Positions 19,261 through 28,005 of a stretch of 28,005 nucleotides of DNA are shown here, piece after piece. The notes below the pieces were generated by a model. It worked only from the letters and a program-made list of their open reading frames with translations. It did not search any database and was not told the origin of the DNA. The position numbers were made by a program, and so were the translations under genes. How positions within the stretch are numbered: position 1 is the first letter of the stretch; each line of letters opens with the position of its first letter. Source of the DNA: Promethearchaeota archaeon (GTDB taxonomy: Archaea > Asgardarchaeota > Lokiarchaeia > Sigyniarchaeales > SOKP01); NCBI GenBank assembly GCA_016840085.1, contig JAEOTA010000077.1, forward strand, positions 1 through 28,005, read 5' to 3'.

Positions 19261-20507
19261 ATGCAAACTACTAAAATAACTAAAAATGTTCATCTCTTTC
19301 GAGATATTGTAGATGTTTATGTAATTTCTATTAATAAAAAAAAAAAATTCTAATTGATTTTGGTTCTGGAAAGATATTAAGAACTTTATCCGATCAAGAT
19401 ATAAATAATATAGATTTTATATTTCATACCCATTATCATCGAGAGCAATGTTTTGGTGATAATCTTGCAATAAGTAGAAATATAAGAATTGCTGCACCTG
19501 AAAGAGAAAAAAAATTATTTTGTGATGCGGAAAAGTTTTGGAAATCTAAATCCTATTATGATATATATTTTTTTAAACCTACTTTTTTTGTATCTACCTA
19601 TAAAATACCATTAAACTACACATTTACCGATGGTGATATATTTAAATGGAATTCATTAAAATTTGAAGCAATTGAAACAAGTGGGCATACTACTGGAAGT
19701 ATGTCATATATATTAGAAATAAATGATAAAAAACTAGCATTTACAGGAGATTTAATTCACAATGGGGGAAAGATAATTACTTATTATGATCTCCAATACT
19801 TTTATGATGATAATGGGGATGGGAGTATTAAAAGATCGTTGGATTCTTTTGAGAAATTAATGAAATTTAAACCAGATTTATTATTGCCTTTTCATGGTAA
19901 TATTATTGATGAACCTCTAGAAAACATTTAAAAATTAAAAGAGAAATTAACACATGCAAGGAGAGTATTCTCTTCTGAGGGTTCAAGTCTAGAATATTTG
20001 TTTGAGCCAAGATAATATGTTGGACTTCCACTTGTAAATATAAAAAAAAATTTTCCCCATATTTATCGTGATTTATTTAAAACATCATTTATAATTCTTG
20101 GTAATCATCAAAATTGTATTTTAATGGATTTTTCAGGTAGTAAACTATTAGGATATACTCTTAATGAATTAAAATAAATTATGTCAAAACTAAATATAAA
20201 AAATATTGATTTTGTGATTCCAACTCATTATCATGATGATCATACAGCTGGAATTCCTCTTCTTCAAAAAAGCTGGAAATTGAGAGTATATGCTCTTGAA
20301 CAGATGGTAGATATATTAGAAAATCCTACACATTATAGAATGGGATGTTTAATCGATCAACCTATTAAAGTAGATAGAGTATTAAGAGATGGTGAAACGT
20401 TGTTATGGGACGATTATGAATTCCAAATTTTTCATTTTCCAGATCAAACAGAATATCATATGGGATTGTTTGGAAAAATTGATGGAAAAACCATCAACTT
20501 GCGATAA
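19261..20507 (+). pseudogene. Tandem MBL-fold metallo-hydrolase, disrupted and C-terminally truncated
   Basis: LIDFGSG, HTHYHREQ, GHTTGS, AFTGD and a second THYHDDH. Frameshift in A12 (19336-19347); in-frame TAA at 19929, 20013 and 20175. Confidence 0.85.
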
Positions 20508-22034
20508 TTGGTAAATAGAAGCGTCTTTAATCTTCTCTAACGTATTAAATCCTGCATCCACAACTCGCTTAGTCAAATCTTCTCCAATGTTTTCAATATC
20601 AAATCCTGCAATAAATTTAGCTAAAGAAACTTCTTTAACTGCGAATAAGTTATCCAATGCTTTCTTCGCTGAGGTTTCTTTAACATCCTCGAATTGTGTC
20701 AAATCTGGAATCTTTAAATAATATAAATCAGCGATAGTTCGTATCGTTTCAGTATCAAATAACGGTCTCAGCATTAATTTTTCGCTAAAATGTTTTACTT
20801 CTAATTTTCTAATCCATTTGACGATTCGATGATACAGTTTCTTTGGACATTTATCATTTGGACAATATAAGCGTGTTCCCTCATTAACGAGATTTGTATT
20901 ACATACTTCACATATAGTGGGTATTGGAATCTCTTTAGCGTCTGATTGCGTATGAATCACTCGTTCGATTTTAGGAATCATATCTCCTCGTTTACTAATA
21001 AACACTTCGGAACCGATTTTTATACCAAGTTCTTCAATTAAGTTTGGATTGGCTAGACTTGCTCTGGAGACATTCATTCCCACTAATTGCGCAATATTAA
21101 CAATCGCGACAGGAGTATAAATCTATCCACTAATACTCCATTCCACATCACGTAATATTGTCTCAATTTGCTCTGCGTGGAATTTGAAGGCAATTTACTT
21201 CATAGGTTTACTCATTTTCATATCCCCAATGTCGATTTCCTTTCCCTTAATCACCAGCCCATCAATATACTATTCTAACGTATCTCGAAGGTTATTCATG
21301 ACATCTTCTCTAACATCAATAACTTCTTGAGGTGATTTAACAGTTTTTGTCCTGATTGTGTCAAATCCCTGTGCTTGTAACCATTTTAACTTTTGAATAT
21401 CATTGGAAAATTCAACCTCATCAATGGTGCTAATTGCATCATAGTATATAAGATTTAAATCTCCACTGCCCACACTATCTTTCCTTCTTACGATCCCCGC
21501 AGCAGCATTTCTACAATTTTGCTTGTCGGTATATTTCTTTTCAAATGTATCATGGAATAATAGAATTTCAGCTCTTACTGCACCAGTGAATGGAACTCCC
21601 AGCTTTGGCATAAACCATTTCATATTAACCACATTTGCGGATACATCATCACCTTTTACTCCATCTCCTCTTGTCACCACATATTGAAATATGCCATCTT
21701 CATATTGTAATTCAATGCTAATTCCATCAAGTTTAAACTGAATAAGAAATACCTTATAATTTCGTTTTCGTGCCCATTTTAAGAACTCTTTGGAATCAAC
21801 AACTTTATCCTGAGACGTCATTGGAATAATATGCTCTCGTTTGGTAAATAATTCCGAACTATCCACACCAATTTTAAATAAAATTGGATTGTCGGGATCA
21901 AGTTCTCGTAGCTCATCTTCTAAAGCGTCATATTTTGCATCGGAAATTTCGGGTTGCTCATTGTAATAGAGGTATCTGTGGCGTGTGATTTCCTCTACAA
22001 GATATTCAATTCTTTCTTGCTGTCTTTTGGTCAT
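20486..22034 (-). pseudogene. ligA: NAD-dependent DNA ligase, disrupted and lacking the C-terminus (BRCT)
   Basis: YY...PEISDAKYD, KLDG, TRGDG..G.DV, RNAAAG, IDGLVIK, IAFKF, OB fold RASLAN, GDMIP, C4 zinc finger, HhH. In-frame stops at 21270-21272 (TAG), 21195-21197 (TAA) and 21123-21125 (TAG); homology ends at QVDGF ~20487. Confidence 0.92.
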
Positions 22035-22643
22035 TCTTACCTCCTCACGAAATGAATTAAGCAGGTATGATTATTAATTTTTTTATGGTTTTAAATCAAA
22101 AGAGTCTTTGGAATGATAATGATCCAATTTTGTTGAATATTTTATTTATAAATATGAGTTACTTTTTCTTTACTTATTATGACTGGAAAGAAATTTCTTA
22201 ATATAGATAAAATTCTTCCAGTAAACTATGATTTTTAGGTTCAAGTAAATTAGGAAAAAATTTATTTAGAGTGCATTGTTCTATCCTAATGGGAGCTAAT
22301 TTTTCTCTTGATTTTGTTACTGGCATAATTAAATTAAGGGAAAAGTTCCCTATAAATCTTTCACCATCTCTAAATCTTTTTCCATCGGATATCAAGGAGT
22401 TCCAAATTACTAAATTTGGGAAATTCTTATTCTCAATGATTATGAGACAATTTATTATCAGATCATTTCACCATCACTGAATTTTGTATCCAATCATAGT
22501 TTTACCATTAATTATTAACTTAGTAATTACAGTCAAGTATGTAAAAATAGTATTTTATCATGTAATTAGCATTTCTTAGGGAATTAATAATGAAAACAAT
22601 CAGCAAATAATGATTCTGTTAAATGTATTATTCTTAGAGATAT

Positions 22644-23747
22644 TTATTTTATTGAAATAGGATATTTTCCATATCTTTCTAATGTTTCTCTCATTGCAAG
22701 AAAGTTTTCAAGCTTTATGGCAGGATTTATACTATGTCCAGAAGCAAGGATAAAGCCACCCCCCGGTCCGAGTTCTTTTATTAATTTTTTGGTATAGTTT
22801 CGAATAAATTCGGGATCTTTATCTGCTAGATCTTGTGGAGATACATTGCCTACAAAAGTAATTTTATCTCCATATTTTTCATTTAACTTAAAGATATCAT
22901 ATTCAGGTTCTGCTGTTGTTGGTTCAATAGGATTCAAAGCATCCACACCACAATCGATTATATCTTCAAAAATCGGATATAGATCACCACAACTATGAAG
23001 ACAGACTTTTATTCCTGCTTTATGAGCAATTTTACACATACTTTTTAACCAAGGAAAAATATAGGTTCTATAATTCTCAGGGCTCATGAATATTCCTGTT
23101 TTATATCCATAATCATCAAGAATTATCACTGGACCCGTCTCTTCTCCCCAATCAACTATTCTTTTCATCATTTCTACCCCGAATTTACCCCGATCATCAA
23201 AAACTTGTTTTATTTGAGACTTTTTAGTTAACAACCTACTAAAATTCTGGAACCCAAATCCCTCCCAAGTTAATTCCATTATCCCTGCTATAACCGGAAC
23301 TACATACAGTTTTCCCTTATATTGTTTTCCAAGTTCTTTTGCAATTTTAAACCATCTTTCTCTTAGAGGATTATCAGGATCAGGCTTAGGAAATGCTTCA
23401 TAATCATCAAAATCTTTTATAACACCCCCCATATAGTAAGCAATTATCATATCATCCACAGGATTCTTAACATATTCCATCCTTCGGCCAAATTCGTCAA
23501 TAAACCCATTTTCTATTGGTTTATGTACATATAGAACTAATGATGCAGATGGGGCTATATCCAGACCAACAGCACTACAGATATCTAAACTTCTTTGTAT
23601 TGTATCCTCAAGTCCCCGTACTTCTTCTCTATATTTTATATTATAATAATTAAGAATTGATGCATTTTGTATTGGTCCCTCAACGGAAGGAATCCTATCT
23701 GGTTCTTCATGATTAATTGTTTTAAAAACTCGTTCTTGAGCAATCAT
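22644..23747 (-). CDS. Uroporphyrinogen decarboxylase-family protein (MtaA/CmuA-like methyltransferase fold)
   Basis: ERV..TINHEEPDRIP, DEFGR, DDYG, LHSCG, GNVSP, GGGFILASGHSI. Confidence 0.88.
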   Translation of the reverse strand: MIAQERVFKTINHEEPDRIPSVEGPIQNASILNYYNIKYREEVRGLEDTIQRSLDICSAVGLDIAPSASLVLYVHKPIENGFIDEFGRRMEYVKNPVDDMIIAYYMGGVIKDFDDYEAFPKPDPDNPLRERWFKIAKELGKQYKGKLYVVPVIAGIMELTWEGFGFQNFSRLLTKKSQIKQVFDDRGKFGVEMMKRIVDWGEETGPVIILDDYGYKTGIFMSPENYRTYIFPWLKSMCKIAHKAGIKVCLHSCGDLYPIFEDIIDCGVDALNPIEPTTAEPEYDIFKLNEKYGDKITFVGNVSPQDLADKDPEFIRNYTKKLIKELGPGGGFILASGHSINPAIKLENFLAMRETLERYGKYPISIK

Positions 23748-23812
23748 ATTATGTTATAATAAGTTTATTAATGTTTAAAAAATTATAGCAAGATTAGGTA
23801 CTTTTATTAATT

Positions 23813-24378
23813 ACCATTGCTCCAATCATTATAATTTCTTATCCATTACAAAATTATTTATATGGTACATCCTCCCCTTCTTTCGCTTGTATTATAAATA
23901 AATCGAATTTTGATGCAGTATAGTATTCTCTCAATGGGGGAAAGAACATAACCTACAACCCATTTACTCTGGAGATGAAGTATTTTGACCAGGAGGAATG
24001 GAATAAATTAGGAAATGGAATTGTTTCCATAATCTTTTATGCAAATGATACACCAGGAAACATCGCTTATGAAGAAATTATCATGAGAAAAGATGCATAT
24101 AAAACAATAATATTTATTCATAATCCACTTGATAATGAGAAATTTGGAAAGTATTCACATAATTTCAATATCTCGTTTATCGAAGACCCATCAGTTATAA
24201 CTTGGTATACTATAGTGAATCGAAGCTAATTTTCGTGCGACAAACTAAGATTATCGGTGGTGCAGATAGATATTTGTTTATAGGATAAGTAGGAAAAATT
24301 GATTAAAGAACTTGGGATAAAGCCCCTAATGGAAATGTGATTATTCATTTCTACGCGATGGATGCAGCCGGGAACTAG
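23813..24378 (+). pseudogene. Remnant of a surface protein with two tandem Ig-like repeats
   Basis: Two similar units ending FDQEEWNKLGNGIVSIIFYANDTPGN and ID*RTWDKAPNGNVIIHFYAMDAAGN, each starting I.I..P; internal stops/shifts and no N-terminus. Confidence 0.7.
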
Positions 24379-24486
24379 TTTCATGAGAATTCTGCTCCTT
24401 TACTAGTTATGAGTCCAGGATGATTGAAGACAATAGCAACAATTTCAACTATATCTTCTTCAAACACCATTAAACCCCAATCCTAG

Positions 24487-26527
24487 CCTGTCGCAAAAAC
24501 CATCCTAAATTTACGAAACTATAATAAATATAGTTAAAATAAAAGGAAAATAATCCTATAATTTCTTTTCTTAAATAAAATTAATTATTTTAAATTGTAA
24601 TAATTAAAAGCTTTAAAAGATTTAGGGGCGGGATGATAGATTCCTGGTGCCACTAATTTCTTATTGGATCAACCACTATAAAATATAATAGCAATGATAG
24701 AAGCAATAATAAATTATAAAAAAAAACTTAAATTTTCACCAAATAATACGACATAAATAAATTTATTTAAATGATCCGAAGACTTAAATTCGTAAAAGAT
24801 AATTGTATTATATAGATATGCCTACTTCTATATCAAAATATTTACCCCGCCATAATGGAACGACAAAAATAATAGATTTTACTGAGCGTCCCGTTTGTAA
24901 GTATTGCAATAAACCAATGAAAATAGTCAAAACATCAATATTAGGTCCTATTGTAGGATTGTTGGAGAATTACGATGTCTCAAGAGTGTATTATCGCTGT
25001 GGAAAAGCTTTATGTCCTGGCGAAGAGGAGGCACCCATATCTCCAGAAAACACGATTTATCCCTATAAAAGCGATTATGATTACGAAATTTACGCTAAAG
25101 TGGCTGAGTTAAGGTGGAGGGACAAGCATACTTATGAGGAAATCATCGAAGAGATGAACAAACAGTTTGCAATCATACTTAATTTAGCGACTATCGAGCG
25201 AATGGTAAAAGTATACGAGATTGGATGCTCGGAAAAATATAAGCCGGAAATTGTAGAAAAAATAAAGAAAAATGGCGGCGTGCTCTTGACAATAGATGGC
25301 ATGAGACCCTCACCAGGGAATCCAGGGTTGTATACGAGTTATGATTATTTCACTGGGCTTGCCATTCATTCCAAGAGGTTAACAAGCGAATCTACGATAA
25401 ATATTTCGAAATTTTTGGAAATTGCGAAAAAGCGAATTTCTAAAGAATTGGGTGTTCCTGTCATCGGAATCATGTCAGATGCCCTTCCCGCACAGAGAAA
25501 AGCGATAGAGAAGGTCTTTCCGGACATCCCGCATTGTTTATGTCATTATCATTTTTATAAATTCGTGTTTGATGCCCCCAAGAAGTTAGACAGCAATTTA
25601 ATGACTCAAACACGCAAATTTCTAAAGCAATTATATTATTTGAAAAAATCAACAATATTCGCTAATCAAGGAAAGTCTTGGGAGCCAAACTATTCATTTA
25701 CAAAAGAACTTATTGATGTCCTAAGGAGTCTGTCAAAATGGAAACCGCGACCGAAAGATCCGTATTTCGTCGGTCTCGAATTGTTTTCGCGCTTGACAGA
25801 CGTGCATTCCGTTTTAGCTTTATTCATTGAGGAATTAGAGGGTTTTAATGAACAATTCGAAGATGAATCAGTAATTAGAGATTTATTCTTAAAAATAACG
25901 GAGTATATTGAGTCTAAAAACGATATATTGGTAGAACTCAACATTATAAAGGGATATCTCGCTGAGATCAAAACAATTTTAGATGATAATAGTGCTACCG
26001 CAGAACAATCTCTTGATAACTTAGAACAATATTCTAAAAACCTTGACGAGCGGCTTACATGCGAAAATTGTTTTGAAGTAGAAAAAGAATTCATTGGAGC
26101 CTTGCAGAAATATTTGAAAAACAAGGGAGAATTGTTATTTAACTACAAGCGAATCGATGGTGCTCCACGCACAAATAATTCACATGAATTAGCTTTCAAG
26201 CAATTAAAGCATTTTTTACGACGTATTATAGGTTTCCAAATCGCAAATCATTATCTTTTATCGCATGGAGAACGTATTGTATTTGTAATTCCCAATGAGA
26301 GTTTTGAGGGCATTTTGGAAATTTTGCATGAAATGGACCATCAAAAAGCTCGAGAGTTAATTCGTTCAGAACGTACTTCTAGGGATAGTATTCGTTATAT
26401 CATTCACGATCCGGCAAAGTGGGCTTCAAAAATAGAAGAATTAAAAAAAAAGTTCAAGGATTTATTAAAGTCACTTTTGATGAAAATTTAAGAAAAAAAA
26501 TCAAAATTTGATATAACTTAGAACGGG
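24487..26527 (+). mobile_element. Putative IS carrying the 24818-26491 transposase
   Basis: Only weak inverted similarity (CCTGTCGCAA... versus reverse complement CCCGTTCTAA...); no target duplication seen; boundaries tentative. Confidence 0.4.
24818..26491 (+). CDS. DDE transposase of the CxxH (IS256/Mutator-like) clan, apparently intact
   Basis: N-terminal C4 zinc finger (CKYC...RCGKALC), HTH-like segment, LTIDG, IMSDALPAQRKAI..VFP..PH.LCHYH, RTNNSHE..F. ATG 24818 is preferred to TTG 24803. Confidence 0.85.
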   Translation: MPTSISKYLPRHNGTTKIIDFTERPVCKYCNKPMKIVKTSILGPIVGLLENYDVSRVYYRCGKALCPGEEEAPISPENTIYPYKSDYDYEIYAKVAELRWRDKHTYEEIIEEMNKQFAIILNLATIERMVKVYEIGCSEKYKPEIVEKIKKNGGVLLTIDGMRPSPGNPGLYTSYDYFTGLAIHSKRLTSESTINISKFLEIAKKRISKELGVPVIGIMSDALPAQRKAIEKVFPDIPHCLCHYHFYKFVFDAPKKLDSNLMTQTRKFLKQLYYLKKSTIFANQGKSWEPNYSFTKELIDVLRSLSKWKPRPKDPYFVGLELFSRLTDVHSVLALFIEELEGFNEQFEDESVIRDLFLKITEYIESKNDILVELNIIKGYLAEIKTILDDNSATAEQSLDNLEQYSKNLDERLTCENCFEVEKEFIGALQKYLKNKGELLFNYKRIDGAPRTNNSHELAFKQLKHFLRRIIGFQIANHYLLSHGERIVFVIPNESFEGILEILHEMDHQKARELIRSERTSRDSIRYIIHDPAKWASKIEELKKKFKDLLKSLLMKI

Positions 26528-26581
26528 TTAAATATATTGATTTAAATGTTCTAATATCAATATATTTATCAGATAAGTATA

Positions 26582-27085
26582 TTAACTCTTTTTATTGGTC
26601 ACATACCAAGTTGATTTCTTTTTTCTAAGATATAAAATAATTGTTGAAACAGTAATAGTCATAACTATTATAAATAATGAGGAGAATGGGACTGAAACAA
26701 TATTTTTATGAGTAAGAGAAAAGTATAATGATACATAAGAAAAATCATAGTTATGAAATAATAAACAATCATTATTACCTGTGGTACTGTTAAAATAACC
26801 TGATGTATCAGACTTTTTAAAACTTAAATAGGTATGATTACTATATAAAAAACTAGTTAAATCATGACAATGAAGGAAATTGGCTACAATTTCTGAACTA
26901 TTGCTTGTCCATTCAACAATAATTTTTAAATTCTCACACAATCCCCAAAACGCGTAATCTAATTCCTCTTTATATGGTTCAAGGATAGTTGAATATTCAT
27001 CATCGCAGACATGGCCATTTACTTTAATTGGAGTAATAAGAAACACTAAGATTATTATCATTCCAACTTGAATTTTTAGTTTCAT
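26582..27085 (-). CDS. Secreted protein with a C-terminal membrane anchor (Loki-CTERM-like)
   Basis: N-terminal signal-like MKLKIQVGMIIILVFLITP; C-terminal VPF + hydrophobic helix + RKKK; GGAG SD upstream. Confidence 0.65.
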   Translation of the reverse strand: MKLKIQVGMIIILVFLITPIKVNGHVCDDEYSTILEPYKEELDYAFWGLCENLKIIVEWTSNSSEIVANFLHCHDLTSFLYSNHTYLSFKKSDTSGYFNSTTGNNDCLLFHNYDFSYVSLYFSLTHKNIVSVPFSSLFIIVMTITVSTIILYLRKKKSTWYVTNKKS

Positions 27086-27119
27086 TTAATTTCAATACTC
27101 CTGTTATAGATACTTGATA

Positions 27120-27390
27120 TTATAATTTACTCATATCAAAACCACAATTTGTACATTACTTCCCTATAGCAATTTTTGCCCCACATTTAGAACAAAATTC
27201 AAATTTAGTGGATTTTTGAGACATTTGAGATGAAGGAATAGATCGAGTGGATTCTGGTGATTTGATTGGTGTTTGTATTGAGTGAGTGAAAGGTCTCTTT
27301 TTTTGAATATCTTTTTTAAGAATAAAAATAGACTGTAATAGCTAGTAATGAGACGACTATTAATAATCCTAATATTAATGGAATCCTGAT
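27120..27390 (-). pseudogene. C-terminal remnant of a membrane protein with a zinc-ribbon
   Basis: IPLILGLLIVVSLLAITVYF, a P/S/T-rich linker, then FCSKCGAKIAIGK*CTNCGFDM. Confidence 0.6.
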
Positions 27391-27639
27391 TTAAAATTTC
27401 TATGAGTTCGGGTTGTTTGATAAAGCAATCTATTTTATCCCATAGGTCATCTAAATTCCTTGGTTCAAATAATAATCCATTTTTTTTTCATTTTCAATAA
27501 GTTCTGCCATCCCTCCAAGGTTGGATGTGATAACAGAAATATTTGCTAAAAGCGCCTCATGGATTACTAAAGGAGAGTTCGGAGATAATCCTATTAAAGA
27601 AGAAAAAGATTGACATTTATAAATCTCTCGAAAATTCAC
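27389..27639 (-). pseudogene. Glycosyltransferase family 4 C-terminal fragment
   Basis: NSPLVIHEA...VITSNLGGMAELI, frameshift in A9 (27480-27488), then NGLLFEPRNLDDL. Confidence 0.7.
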
Positions 27640-27694
27640 GTATTAAGAAGTGATAATATGATTAAAAAATAAGTAGAATTTAATTCTTAAATGG

Positions 27695-28005
27695 TTATTT
27701 CATTCCCGCTAACTGTTTAATATGTCTTACTCCTTCCACAGCATCATCTGCAAAATCATCTGCCCCTAATTTCTTTGCCAGTTCCATATTTAAAGGAGCT
27801 CCCCCCACAATTAATTTAACTTTATCTCTTAAACCAGCAGCTTGCAAAGCTTCATGAACTAATTTAATTTGTTCCACGGTCATCGTAAGAAGTGTGCTTA
27901 AAGCAATTATTTGTGCTCCGGATTCTCTTACTTTCTCCACAATTGTATTCTCATCGACATCCATACCTAAATCATAAAGTTCAAATCCAGAGCTTAGTAA
28001 TAAAG
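27695..28005 (-). CDS. Corrinoid (cobalamin-binding) protein, C-terminal part; 5' end outside the window
   Basis: GFELYDLGMDV...IIALSTLLTMT...LRDKVKLIVGGAP...GAD..ADDA; frame open to the window edge. Confidence 0.9.
   Translation of the reverse strand, partial: LLLSSGFELYDLGMDVDENTIVEKVRESGAQIIALSTLLTMTVEQIKLVHEALQAAGLRDKVKLIVGGAPLNMELAKKLGADDFADDAVEGVRHIKQLAGMK

Noticed and set aside
21123-21272. TAG read-through (pyrrolysine or recoding) in ligA
   Set aside because: A TAA lies between the two TAGs, the gene is truncated, and TAG terminates intact genes in this window (e.g. the RT).
22198-22480. Overlapping 65- and 69-aa ORFs
   Set aside because: No recognisable motif; possibly another gene remnant, but unsupported.
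63-26124. Short shadow ORFs in the track (63-254, 733-978, 2050-2283, 3128-3361, 3353-3550, 8669-8896, 10990-11262, 13747-14076, 14722-14937, 17434-17711, 17934-18167, 18310-18498, 25470-25655, 25690-26124)
   Set aside because: They overlap well-supported genes antisense or out of frame and have no recognisable motifs.
1-28005. CRISPR array, tRNA or rRNA genes
   Set aside because: No regularly spaced repeats, cloverleaf or rRNA-like segments were seen by eye.

Overview
AT-rich prokaryotic window, most likely from an Asgard archaeon (Lokiarchaeia/Promethearchaeota-type). That assignment is an inference from the Ig-like surface-repeat remnant, a C-terminally anchored surface protein and the gene mix, not a database result. 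The left third is largely intact: a TetR regulator divergent from a DUF2961/GH172 glycosidase, a Dpp/Opp-type ABC operon, and a FATP-type acyl-CoA synthetase. In the ABC operon BOTH ATPases carry large N-terminal multi-pass membrane domains and no substrate-binding protein is present. The centre holds a complete 2,322-nt group IIB intron (12719-15040) with an intact endonuclease-less RT/maturase. It splits the Ser63 codon of an ISH3/IS4-like transposase, and its EBS2 and EBS1 are perfectly complementary to 16 contiguous nt of the 5' exon, so the intron appears tuned to home into this IS, which has itself decayed. The right half is mostly decayed genes (sulfatase, double MBL-fold hydrolase joined tail-to-tail to a broken NAD-dependent DNA ligase at a small hairpin, ABC-ATPase paralog remnant, Ig-like, zinc-ribbon and GT4 fragments). 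It also retains an intact UroD/MtaA-family gene, an intact CxxH-type transposase, a surface protein and a corrinoid protein cut by the window edge.
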